Assembly (NCBI GenBank): GCA_036479435.1
Contig: JAZGFI010000171.1
Span: forward strand, 1-47,435
Length of the DNA stretch: 47,435 nucleotides
Source: Planctomycetota bacterium
Lineage (GTDB): Bacteria; Planctomycetota; GCA-002687715; DRQF01
Reading direction: 5' to 3'
The notes beneath the pieces were generated by a model that was not told where the DNA came from, searched no databases, and saw nothing but the letters and a program-made list of their open reading frames with translations. Position numbers and translations under genes: made by a program. Of this stretch, positions 16,781 through 25,563 are shown one piece after another (the stretch's first letter is position 1; each line of letters starts with the position of its first letter).

Positions 16781-16812
16781 TCTTATGCCTGACGCTACAG
16801 TGACGCCAATCC

Positions 16813-17463
16813 GTGCCCGGGTTGATCCTCAGTCTGAGTCCGCTAACCGCGGATCTGCACGACCAGATCGTGGACCTGCACCACGTTCGGAGACGGACCC
16901 CGCCCGACCGGATGCCGTCTGCGGGGATCGTGATGACGAGTCCGGTGCCGTTGACCGTTCCGGGGTACCTGGGAGTCACAGGCCCGACGGTCGTGGTGGC
17001 CGCGTGCTACCTCTACCCAGCGGGCCCGTTCTTGCTGATGGAGTTCTACGTCACGAACCCCGAGTTTCCTCGGCGGATCCGCTGGGCCGCAAGCGTTGCC
17101 GGGGGCGGTGCCGCGCTCGCCATCGCCGCAAGTCAGGGGCGCTTGCTGCTCGCTGCGGCAAGGACGAAGGGGATCGAGTGCGTACTCGCGCGGGCGGGGT
17201 TCCGCGACACACGCGCGACGATATGGGCGTGCAAGGTGCCCCCCGTGCCTGTCTGGCAGGACATTGTGCCTCCCCCGGGAGATGCCCCTCCCGGGGGAGC
17301 CGTGACCGTCACCAAGCGTTCTACGAAAGACAACCATGCCCCCGAGCCAGACGAAGAGCCGGAGACGATTCCAAGGGTACGGGCGCGCAAGAAGGCGGTC
17401 AAGAAGAAGACCCCGCGGAGAAAGGTGGTAGGCCGCCGCAAGAAGCGCTCCGGGTTGGGATGA
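16813..17463 (+). CDS. GNAT-like protein with Lys/Arg-rich tail
   Basis: VAACYLYP..LMEFYVTNPE..VLARAGF; promoter TTGCAC-17-TACAGT at 16773-16801. Confidence 0.55.
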   Translation: MPGLILSLSPLTADLHDQIVDLHHVRRRTPPDRMPSAGIVMTSPVPLTVPGYLGVTGPTVVVAACYLYPAGPFLLMEFYVTNPEFPRRIRWAASVAGGGAALAIAASQGRLLLAAARTKGIECVLARAGFRDTRATIWACKVPPVPVWQDIVPPPGDAPPGGAVTVTKRSTKDNHAPEPDEEPETIPRVRARKKAVKKKTPRRKVVGRRKKRSGLG

Positions 17464-17467
17464 CGTA

Positions 17468-17911
17468 GTGCAGACGCTCTGGATACCCGGCCCCCTACCG
17501 AGTATGAACGACGTGATCAAAACGTGCAACACGGCGGACTTCGGTAGACATGGGAGACGATGGAATGCCTACAATGAACTCAAGGGAAGATGGAGTCGAG
17601 AGATTGAGCTCTACGCTCGCAGCACAGGGTTTCGCTCCCTCATCGGGGGTTACTTCACGTTCATGTGGGCGGAGCCCGACAAACGACGAGACCCCGATAA
17701 CGTGGTTGGAGGAGGGCATAAGATCCTCTTCGACGCGTTGGTGGGAGCCGGTTTCATCCACAATGACGGGTGGAAGCACGTACATGGCTTCGCGGATTAC
17801 TGGATCGTGGACAACAAGCGGCCCGGAGTTCTGATCATGGTCACGAAGTCGCAGACGCTGGGTTGGGACGATGCCCACTCAGCATTCCAGGAGCAGAAAG
17901 CGAACGAGTAA
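17468..17911 (+). CDS. rusA: RusA-like Holliday junction resolvase
   Basis: PGPLPSMN..RRDPDNV..KILFDALV..GFIHND. Confidence 0.85.
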   Translation: MQTLWIPGPLPSMNDVIKTCNTADFGRHGRRWNAYNELKGRWSREIELYARSTGFRSLIGGYFTFMWAEPDKRRDPDNVVGGGHKILFDALVGAGFIHNDGWKHVHGFADYWIVDNKRPGVLIMVTKSQTLGWDDAHSAFQEQKANE

Positions 17912-18237
17912 TGCCTAACGAAACCGAAGTGGTCTACGTGGTGCACCGGTCGTTCCAGACGAAGATCGGCGCGCTCGCGACTGTGCCCCTTGGGACGTAC
18001 AAGTCGAAGCAGGCGGCGGAGCGAGCGAGCGCAGCGGAGGATGATAAGTTACGGACGTTTTTGAGCTTTCGCGTCGTCGCGCCCGACGGCCAGGTGCTCG
18101 ACGGAACGCTCGGCCAGCTGCTCTCCAACATGGGCATCGGGGGAATCGGCCACCTTGCCCAAGGACCCCTGCAGCTGATGGGCGAACCCAGCTCGATCGT
18201 CCAACCGAGTACGAGGATCGTCAGGGCCACGAGGTGA
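17911..18237 (+). CDS. hypothetical protein
   Basis: MPNETEVVYVV..LGTYKSKQAAERA; TAATG coupling. Confidence 0.65.
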   Translation: MPNETEVVYVVHRSFQTKIGALATVPLGTYKSKQAAERASAAEDDKLRTFLSFRVVAPDGQVLDGTLGQLLSNMGIGGIGHLAQGPLQLMGEPSSIVQPSTRIVRATR

Positions 18238-18268
18238 CGCGTATCTTGCGCCGTAGTAGGCTAGTGAC

Positions 18269-18715
18269 GTGACCCTCGCTAAACACGTAGTCAATGCCGC
18301 CGCAGGCGAGATGAAGACGGACCTCCCCATGCCCCCGGAGGACTCTTCGCTCGCGCACGTCAACTCGCAAGTGGGCCTTCAGGAGCTCGAAGACACCCTC
18401 TTCAAGCGGGCTTTTGAGGTGACCACCGGCGCGATGGCGTACGCCGACATGCCCTGGGATTGGCAAGAGCCCTCCCAGGAGTGGATCGACGACCTCGGCA
18501 AGGAGGCGGCTTGGCGCAAGTTCCGCTTGATCAAGGCCGGCCAACTGCCCACGTCCCACGCCCCCGCGGGGCTCAAGGTCGCGACCGCGATCACCATGGC
18601 CCACATGAATACGCGCGCGGTTCAGCGCGGACCGCAGCTGGCCGTCAACGTGGTCGTGTTGACGGAGCAGCCCGAGAAGAAGTACCCCGAGCAGATCGTG
18701 GATGTTGATGAGTGA
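18269..18715 (+). CDS. hypothetical protein, candidate terminase small subunit
   Basis: First gene of the leaderless operon leading to terL (TAGGCT-6nt-GTG); helical with a C-terminal strand; function is inference. Confidence 0.45.
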   Translation: MTLAKHVVNAAAGEMKTDLPMPPEDSSLAHVNSQVGLQELEDTLFKRAFEVTTGAMAYADMPWDWQEPSQEWIDDLGKEAAWRKFRLIKAGQLPTSHAPAGLKVATAITMAHMNTRAVQRGPQLAVNVVVLTEQPEKKYPEQIVDVDE

Positions 18716-19145
18716 TCTCGCCAATCTAGGCCTTCTCCCCGAGGAGGAGAAAGGCGTCGACTGGAACCCGGAGGAAGGCGAGGAGACCTGGTACCGGCAC
18801 CATCAGACGGCAGATCGGGGCTTCCTGTGCAAACGCGCGGGCCGGGAGATGATCCGCTACGACCGTCCGAACGACCCCACGGCGATCGTGCCCTTCGATC
18901 CGCTGAAATGGGTGGTCGATAAGGAGCACCGGCCGCTCACCTCGATGGCTTGTGCCCAAGTTGCGCAAGCTGCGGACTCCGTCCTGTGCCGCGCGCTGGG
19001 CCTGTACGACAAAGCGGGCAAGGAGTGGCTCTCGCTTCCGGAGAAGACCCGGCTCGCCTGGATGAGGCAAGGTCCAAAGACCCCGGCGATCCGCCGTAAG
19101 CTCTACATAGCGATCCGCGCAGTGCTCGCAGACCTTGAGGGGTAA
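18708..19145 (+). CDS. hypothetical protein with a WxxL-like segment
   Basis: AQVAQAADSVLC..KEWLSLPEKTRLAWM. Confidence 0.7.
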   Translation: MSDLANLGLLPEEEKGVDWNPEEGEETWYRHHQTADRGFLCKRAGREMIRYDRPNDPTAIVPFDPLKWVVDKEHRPLTSMACAQVAQAADSVLCRALGLYDKAGKEWLSLPEKTRLAWMRQGPKTPAIRRKLYIAIRAVLADLEG

Positions 19146-19741
19146 TGCCCGCCCAAGACGTTCACCCGATTATCCGTCGGCCAGCCCAGAGCCAGCTCAC
19201 GAAGGCGTCGGACCCCCGCGCGATCACGGGCTACGTCCAGAAGACGATCATGACCGAGCTTCGGTCGATACGCGTGGTGCTCGACCGGCTGCTGTCTGGG
19301 CCCGCGGACATCACCGTGCCGTTCGGGGACACCCTCCATCTCGCGACGTCAGTCGTCAGCGCGTCGTACATCAAGCTCAACACCACGCCCGCGATCCTAG
19401 ATCGGCAGGTCCGTGCCTCCTTCGCAGCTGGCCAGTATTCTGCCGTGAACCTGGGCAGTAATCGCAGCATCTTCATCGAGTACTGGATCTCCGCGGACAG
19501 TGCAGGCGGGACCCCGGAGGTCTCCTTGTTCAACGAGTCCTCGGGCAACGAGATACTTGACTCCAGCGCTATCCATACAGCCGGTACGACCACCGTCCGG
19601 TACGTTCGGGGCCCTCTTGAAGTCGGCGAGGCCACGAATCAACTCCAGGAGGCGGACACGACCTACGTGATCGAGGGTCGAGATACGTCGGCCCTTGTCA
19701 ACCCTGTCCTCGAGCAGGCCCGCTTCTTGGTGGTGTACTAG
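19145..19741 (+). CDS. putative virion protein (short helix plus beta knob; tail-needle-like)
   Basis: ELRSIRVVLDRL helix followed by a beta-rich domain. Confidence 0.55.
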   Translation: MPAQDVHPIIRRPAQSQLTKASDPRAITGYVQKTIMTELRSIRVVLDRLLSGPADITVPFGDTLHLATSVVSASYIKLNTTPAILDRQVRASFAAGQYSAVNLGSNRSIFIEYWISADSAGGTPEVSLFNESSGNEILDSSAIHTAGTTTVRYVRGPLEVGEATNQLQEADTTYVIEGRDTSALVNPVLEQARFLVVY

Positions 19742-19743
19742 CG

Positions 19744-20391
19744 ATGGAAGACTCCTTCTCTGGTAGAATATTCAGCTACTCCGCTCGAGGGATATTGCCT
19801 ATCGATGTGACCGACAGAGAGGATAGTGGGGACAACGCCGAGTCTATCTTCGGGTACTGGCACGGGCCCATGGCCTGCGACAGTTGCGAGATTGTGATCT
19901 CGGCGGTATTGCCGGCTCGCTCCGAGGAAGAGCGCGAGGATATAAACGCATGGTGGCAGACAACACGAGAGAACCTCTTCCCGCGTTCGTTCGAGGGGGA
20001 ACTTTGTCCTAAGTGTGAGAAGCCCACCCTTCGGTATTATCACCTAGAGGGATGGTACAGGGGAGATTATGCCATTGACCATGAAGGGCAAGAAGATAAA
20101 GAAGGCGATGGCGAAGACCTACGGCCCCAAGAAGGGCCAGCGGGTCTTCTACGCATCGATCAACAAGGGCACCGTCAAGGGTGCGGAGAAGAAGAAAGCG
20201 AAGAAGAAATGATCCCACCGACTCGTATAGACAGCACTGAGGATGCGAATGCCGCGTGCCTGCGGATGGCAATCTATGGCGAAACCCCAAGTGGGAAATG
20301 TGCAGAGCTGGCCGACCCTGACGAGCTCAAGTTTGCGATGGGTGTCGCCAAGCTCCGGCAGCAAACGGCCCAGGAGGAGAATAAGCGATGA
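19744..20391 (+). CDS. Zn-ribbon hypothetical ORF; probably includes a separate 60-aa gene from ATG 20209
   Basis: CDSC..CPKC; its middle overlaps the Lys-rich gene in another frame. Confidence 0.45.
   Translation: MEDSFSGRIFSYSARGILPIDVTDREDSGDNAESIFGYWHGPMACDSCEIVISAVLPARSEEEREDINAWWQTTRENLFPRSFEGELCPKCEKPTLRYYHLEGWYRGDYAIDHEGQEDKEGDGEDLRPQEGPAGLLRIDQQGHRQGCGEEESEEEMIPPTRIDSTEDANAACLRMAIYGETPSGKCAELADPDELKFAMGVAKLRQQTAQEENKR
20069..20212 (+). CDS. 47-aa Lys-rich basic micro-protein (not in ORF track)
   Basis: GGAG then MPLTMKGKKIKKAMAKTYGPKKGQRVFYASINKGTVKGAEKKKAKKK. Confidence 0.75.
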   Translation: MPLTMKGKKIKKAMAKTYGPKKGQRVFYASINKGTVKGAEKKKAKKK

Positions 20392-20567
20392 AGCCTACCA
20401 CCGAGAAGAGACGTCACGTACCTCCGCCCCCTCGAGACATGGAGACGGAGCGGGTCCGATCGAAGGGCGCCGGCGTGGCGCATCAGGATCGCACGGACAC
20501 CGACCAGGCGAACTATCGCCACGAGCGCAGTGAACCTAAACCCACGGGCCCCGTGGCGTACAAATAG
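20388..20567 (+). CDS. 59-aa hydrophilic micro-protein
   Basis: MKPTTEKRRHVPPPP..VAYK; ATGA coupling. Confidence 0.5.
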   Translation: MKPTTEKRRHVPPPPRDMETERVRSKGAGVAHQDRTDTDQANYRHERSEPKPTGPVAYK

Positions 20568-20575
20568 GAGACACC

Positions 20576-20698
20576 ATGGCAAAGAAAAAGAAGAAGGACA
20601 AGAAGGGCGACCCGATGTACGGCGGCGGTCTGAAGATCCGCCCGCCCACCAAGAAGGAAAAGGCCGCCAAGAAGAAGAAGAAGAAGAAAGGGAAATAG
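20576..20698 (+). CDS. 40-aa Lys-rich basic micro-protein (not in ORF track)
   Basis: AGGAG-5nt-ATG; MAKKKKKDKKGDPMYGGGLKIRPPTKKEKAAKKKKKKKGK. Confidence 0.75.
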   Translation: MAKKKKKDKKGDPMYGGGLKIRPPTKKEKAAKKKKKKKGK

Positions 20699-20708
20699 GG
20701 AGGACACC

Positions 20709-20909
20709 ATGCCACATCAAGGAAGTTACAGCTACAGCTCCGGCGGGAGTAAGAAGAAGAAGATGAAAGAGCCGGCCGCCTACAAGCCCAGTGGCGGTGA
20801 GGGTGCCATGGTCAAACGGGCCATGGCTACTCTGAAGAAGTCCGGCATGTTCACGGTAACAAGGAAGAAAAAGACGCCGGCCAAGAAGAAGGGCAACCCT
20901 CATTATTGA
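20709..20909 (+). CDS. 66-aa Lys-rich basic protein
   Basis: GGAGG upstream; MPHQGSYSYSSGGSKKKKMK..RKKKTPAKKKGNPHY. Confidence 0.75.
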   Translation: MPHQGSYSYSSGGSKKKKMKEPAAYKPSGGEGAMVKRAMATLKKSGMFTVTRKKKTPAKKKGNPHY

Positions 20910-22414
20910 TGGATGTACTGTACCGGCCCTCCAAGTGGGGAGCGGAGTTTCATGCACTCACGCATGACGAGGCGTTGGGGGCGGGAGCGGCAGGGCCGGG
21001 CAAAACGACAGTGCTCATCGCGGAGCCGCTGTATCAGATCAAAGTCGAACACGTCCGATGCGAGAACCCCAAGAGCGAGAAGAACCCGTACCCATTGGAA
21101 TGGGGCATGTCCGTTGGATGGGCGCTTTACCTACGGCGCACGTTTCCGATGTTGCAGCAAACGATCGTGCGGGCAAATCGTATCTTCAAGCGCATCGACC
21201 CCGGGGTCACGTTCAATGTCAAGGAGAACACCTTCGTCTTCTCCTCGGGGTTTCGGTATCAGTTCGGCCAAGTTCAGCACGTTGGAGATTGGGAGAACTA
21301 CTACTCCAACGAGTACACGATCATCATGTTCGACGAGCTGAACGCCTTCGAGAAGGAGCAGTACGACCAGATCGCCAGCCGTTGCCGCACCGACGATTCG
21401 GTCCTGGACCCGATGCGCAAGGTGCGTTCCATGTCCAACCCGGTCCAGCGACTCGAGAAGGGACAGAAGACCTCTGTTTCCGACCCGTATTGGGTGCGCA
21501 AATACTTCGTCGACCCTGCCCCGTTGGGTCGGGTGGACCTGGTACGCAAGCTCAAGATGGACGACGGGACGATCGAGCTCCATCGAAGGGTCTACTTGCC
21601 TGCCAAGCTTTGGGACAACCCCAACAAGAAGTTCGTTCGGAGCTACGAGAAGACTCTACGTGGCAAGCCGAAGCACATCCGCAAGGCGTTGCTCGAAGGC
21701 GACTGGTACTCGGTCGCGGGCGGGTACTTCGAGGACTCCTGGGATCCGCGAATGCACATCTGCCGGCCGTTCCGTATCCCAACCGATTGGCCGCAGATGC
21801 GTGCGATGGACTGGGGCTTCAAGAAGCCAGGGTGCGTGGGCTGGTACGCCATGGACCCCGACGACAACCTCTTCAAGCACCGCGAGTTCAACTTCAGGGG
21901 GCTAGACGCCAGGCAGTGCGCCGTGGAGATCAGGAAGATCGAAGAGAGCATGGGGCTTTGGCACAAGAGGCGCTCGCGTATCTCCGGGCCCGCGGACAAT
22001 CAGCTGTGGGAGAACCGCGGCGACGTAGGCCGGAGCAAGGCCGCGGAGCAGCAAGCGGAGGGGGTTGGCTGGGTCAAGGCCGACAAGCGGTCGCGCCAGC
22101 GCAACGCCGAGCGGATCGTGAACCGGTTCAAGGACCATCAAAACGGCACGACAACGCCAGGGCTGGTCATATTCAGCTCGTGCGTCATGACGATCCGAAC
22201 GCTGCCCATGATCGCCACCTCCCCGGTCAATGCGGAAGAGCCGCAGGACGGCGGCCAGGACCACTGGCTGGACGAGACGGGCTACGCCTGCGCGCATGCG
22301 AGCAACGGCCGCTCGGGGCTCTCCATGATCACGGATGACGACGATGAGTTCGAGGACGACGCGGACTACGACGAGGACAGGGGCCAACTAGGCTACGGCA
22401 ACGCACTACTGTAG
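20906..22414 (+). CDS. terL: terminase large subunit
   Basis: Walker A GAAGPGKT, LRRTFPML, Walker B IIMFDEL, MSNP, LLEGDW, nuclease MDWG and DHWLDE. Confidence 0.95.
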   Translation: MMDVLYRPSKWGAEFHALTHDEALGAGAAGPGKTTVLIAEPLYQIKVEHVRCENPKSEKNPYPLEWGMSVGWALYLRRTFPMLQQTIVRANRIFKRIDPGVTFNVKENTFVFSSGFRYQFGQVQHVGDWENYYSNEYTIIMFDELNAFEKEQYDQIASRCRTDDSVLDPMRKVRSMSNPVQRLEKGQKTSVSDPYWVRKYFVDPAPLGRVDLVRKLKMDDGTIELHRRVYLPAKLWDNPNKKFVRSYEKTLRGKPKHIRKALLEGDWYSVAGGYFEDSWDPRMHICRPFRIPTDWPQMRAMDWGFKKPGCVGWYAMDPDDNLFKHREFNFRGLDARQCAVEIRKIEESMGLWHKRRSRISGPADNQLWENRGDVGRSKAAEQQAEGVGWVKADKRSRQRNAERIVNRFKDHQNGTTTPGLVIFSSCVMTIRTLPMIATSPVNAEEPQDGGQDHWLDETGYACAHASNGRSGLSMITDDDDEFEDDADYDEDRGQLGYGNALL

Positions 22415-22424
22415 AGGGAACCCG

Positions 22425-24689
22425 ATGGCACGCGCAACTAACGCTCTTGATACGCTCAACATCTACGCCACCGACGACGAGGAAACGGACGACCTTGAGT
22501 CCCTCTTCGGCGGAGACGAGGACGAAGGCGAGGGTGAAGGGTCCGGAGATGACCCGTACCGGACGGAGGACGAGAGCCCGTTCCATTACGACGAGATGGC
22601 GCCCAACCTCGTGCCTGTCTTCGCGGCGCATCCCGAGGGTCGCGAAGCGAATAAGAACCTCGCGCGCAAGGTCTACGACGACTTCACCGAAGCGTGGGAC
22701 TCGGGCGAGGAATACCGCGCTCAGATGGCGAAGGACTGGAAGCTCTTTGCCGGAGAGCTGCCGACCAAGTCGTTCCCGTTCAACAAGTCAGCGAATGCTC
22801 ATGTCCCGATCATGATGGAGAACCTCACGCGGCTGACGAGCCGGGTGGAGTCGGAGATATTCGGGGACTGGTCTCGCTTCTACGGGGTGGTCGCAGTCTC
22901 CAGCGAGGACGAGGCCGAGGCCGATGTCCTGACAACGCATGGAAACTGGCAGCTGCGCGAGGAGGTCACCGACTTCCAGCGGCAGATGTCGCGTGCCCTG
23001 ATGTCGTTCTTCATCTTCGGGGACACATGGATCCACTCGTTCTACGACACCCGGCGCCATCAGAACGTGCACGAGTCCCTGACGCCAGACGACGTGGCGA
23101 TTCCCTACGTGCATGTCAGCACGCAAACCGACGCCTCGGACCTCCCGTTCCTGGTCAAGATCCTCAACTACTTCCGCCATGAAGTCGAGGCGATGAGGGA
23201 CGAGTGGCACAACGTTGACCGGATCCTGGGTGACGAACCGCCGGAGTGGGAGGCCGAGCCCGAGGCACAGTTTAGAGACAGCGCCGCCGAAACGGCGAAG
23301 ATCATCACTCCCGACTCGGGTGCGAGGAGCACCTACAAGATCTTACACTACGAGGGGTGGCTGGACCTGCCCGGACAGGACCGCCAGCGGTTCTGCCAGG
23401 TGATCCTGGACTACACCACGCAGACCCTGCTGCGGATCACGATCCACGAAGAGGACGACTGGCAAGATCGAGTCCGCTACCAGCGCGAGGTGCGGGAGAT
23501 TGCGACGTACCGCAAGGCGGTCAAAGAGTACCCGCTTCTCCTGTCGCAGTGGGAAGCCCAGCAGGGCACCCTGCGCCAGGATGCGGCCGATACCGAGCAG
23601 GGCGAATCCGTGATGCAAGCGGCCATGCAGCGCGCGATCGTGCTCGAGCCACCCCGCATGCCAATGGCCCCGGCCTGGGCGGAAACAGACGAGCTCGGTA
23701 ACGTCTCGGAGACGGCGATGCCGTCCCCCGCAAGACGTGTGCCAATCCACATGTTTTCGCACGGGGTGTGCATCGAGAACATGGCAGGGGCGTATGGGCT
23801 CTCGTTTGGCCGTCAGCAAGCTGACTTCAATCGGGCTGTCGATGTTCTGACGGGTCAATACATTGACTCCGCGACCATGGCGAACTGCTGGACGCTGCTC
23901 ACCACGGACGCGGTGGAGTTCAAGTCACCATTCTCGTTCACTCCGGGCAAGGTCAACAAGGTACGTGGCATTACGGGCCAGGACCTGCGGACCAACATCA
24001 TGGAGCTCAAGCCCCAGCCCGCGAACAATCAGCACATGGAGATGGTGCGGGAGATCATCGGGTGGGCGTCTGCGTCCATCCAGGCCCCGGCGGTTCTGTC
24101 GGGCGAGGCTGGCAAGTCGGGCGAAACCTTCCGTGGGTTGGCAACGCGCATCGAGCAGGCGACCAAAGCGATCTCCGTCCCCGCGCGGCGGTTTGCGACT
24201 GGGCCGCTTCGCAACGTCCTGGTCAACAACGGGCGGCTCAACGCGGTCTTCCTCCCGGAGACGCAGATCATCCAGGTCCTGGACATGACGAGTACGCGCA
24301 TGCAGCGGGTGCGTATCGACCGCAGGATGTACGCCCGCGACTACAAGGTGGAGATACGTGCGGACCTGCGCTTCACGTCGGAGGGCCAGCGGGTCCAGGA
24401 ACGCATGGAGCTCATCCAGCTGCCTGCTGTGGTGCCCCAGCTGCAAGCCAACGCGGCATGGGCGTACGGCGCCCTCGTCAAGTATCTCGAGGCGCGAAAT
24501 GACACGGAGATGGTGCCGCTGCTCGGTGAGCCACCCCCGCCACCCACGGAGCCCTTCGGCACCATGCCGCAACCTCCGCCGGGTGCCCCCGGAGCGCCGG
24601 GTGCTGGTCCCGAGCCCCCTCCGGGAACCCCTGGCCCAGGCGGACCTCCGCCGGGCCCACCGGTGCGTGAAACGGCCGCCGCGAAATGA
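22425..24689 (+). CDS. portal protein (podovirus type)
   Basis: 754 aa directly after terL; helical; Pro/Gly-rich C-terminal tail. Confidence 0.85.
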   Translation: MARATNALDTLNIYATDDEETDDLESLFGGDEDEGEGEGSGDDPYRTEDESPFHYDEMAPNLVPVFAAHPEGREANKNLARKVYDDFTEAWDSGEEYRAQMAKDWKLFAGELPTKSFPFNKSANAHVPIMMENLTRLTSRVESEIFGDWSRFYGVVAVSSEDEAEADVLTTHGNWQLREEVTDFQRQMSRALMSFFIFGDTWIHSFYDTRRHQNVHESLTPDDVAIPYVHVSTQTDASDLPFLVKILNYFRHEVEAMRDEWHNVDRILGDEPPEWEAEPEAQFRDSAAETAKIITPDSGARSTYKILHYEGWLDLPGQDRQRFCQVILDYTTQTLLRITIHEEDDWQDRVRYQREVREIATYRKAVKEYPLLLSQWEAQQGTLRQDAADTEQGESVMQAAMQRAIVLEPPRMPMAPAWAETDELGNVSETAMPSPARRVPIHMFSHGVCIENMAGAYGLSFGRQQADFNRAVDVLTGQYIDSATMANCWTLLTTDAVEFKSPFSFTPGKVNKVRGITGQDLRTNIMELKPQPANNQHMEMVREIIGWASASIQAPAVLSGEAGKSGETFRGLATRIEQATKAISVPARRFATGPLRNVLVNNGRLNAVFLPETQIIQVLDMTSTRMQRVRIDRRMYARDYKVEIRADLRFTSEGQRVQERMELIQLPAVVPQLQANAAWAYGALVKYLEARNDTEMVPLLGEPPPPPTEPFGTMPQPPPGAPGAPGAGPEPPPGTPGPGGPPPGPPVRETAAAK

Positions 24690-24934
24690 TCAAGGAACCC
24701 AAGATACGGGGCAAAAACTCCGCTGGCTATAAGACCTCGTGGCTCTGCGATGAGTACACGATCAGCGCGCGTGTGTTCTACGTGAAGCAGCATCAGGAAG
24801 CCCAGGCGGCCCTCAACTCTGCCTGTGCAGCCACCCAGGACCCCAACGTGATCCGGCACTACGAGCGAATGGTGGCGATCGAGGAGACGATCGCGCTACT
24901 TACCTACAACGAACAGGAACGAGACGATGATTGA
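24686..24934 (+). CDS. small post-portal protein
   Basis: 82 aa; typical position; W..D..T motif. Confidence 0.7.
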   Translation: MIKEPKIRGKNSAGYKTSWLCDEYTISARVFYVKQHQEAQAALNSACAATQDPNVIRHYERMVAIEETIALLTYNEQERDDD

Positions 24935-25562
24935 AACTGGCCAAGTCGATGTCCAGGCTGAGCTAGACAAAGGTGTATCGCCCGCCATTATGGCGATGGC
25001 GGGTGCTGAAACAGAGGCCATGCGCGAGCACATGTCGCCACCCGGCGCGCTGAACCTACCCCCGCTGCTCGAGGCTCGACGGCTTGAGATGGGGCTGCCT
25101 GACGACTACTTCACGATTGATGCTGTATTCCAGCGAGTGTTCCTCAAGCAGCTCGATCCACGCGAGTTCGACGAGGGTAGGTATGGGACCACGTCGCTCG
25201 TGGTGATCCCCGCCGTCCAATCCCGGGAGAACAAGGAGGCGCCGCGCGGCATCATTGTGAGCGCGGGGGTCGATGCGCTCGACTGCCTCGTCTCCCATGG
25301 GATGGAGCTCGGGCACATCGTTACGTTTTGCGAAGAGGCACCGTACGGCATACGCGTCGGCATCCCGGGTGGCTACGAGCAGAAGGTGATCGTGATTGAC
25401 GTGGGCGACATCATCGCGAGTGAAGACCTTGCGGTGGCCCGAAACGCCGGTGACCTGTCGGTGGTCTGCGACGACGAAGACGACAACAAACACAAGATGG
25501 TGAAGCGGGACGGCTCCTCATGGACCCCCATCAAAGCACCCAAGATGTCGGAGGGATATTGA
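24927..25562 (+). CDS. GroES-like co-chaperonin
   Basis: RVFLK..SLVVIP..GIIVSAG..GHIVTF..VIDVGDIIA resembles the Cpn10 pattern. Confidence 0.7.
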   Translation: MIETGQVDVQAELDKGVSPAIMAMAGAETEAMREHMSPPGALNLPPLLEARRLEMGLPDDYFTIDAVFQRVFLKQLDPREFDEGRYGTTSLVVIPAVQSRENKEAPRGIIVSAGVDALDCLVSHGMELGHIVTFCEEAPYGIRVGIPGGYEQKVIVIDVGDIIASEDLAVARNAGDLSVVCDDEDDNKHKMVKRDGSSWTPIKAPKMSEGY

Positions 25563-25563
25563 C

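Noticed and set aside
21058..22338. Long alternative-frame ORFs (also 35217..36545, 32983..33879, 37205..38170, 1935..2564)
   Set aside because: Shadow ORFs expected in GC-rich DNA; Arg/Pro/Gly-rich, without motifs, and mostly overlapping well-supported genes
24530..24665. Collagen-like domain at the portal C-terminus
   Set aside because: Short, irregular Pro/Gly tract; a low-complexity tail is common in such portals
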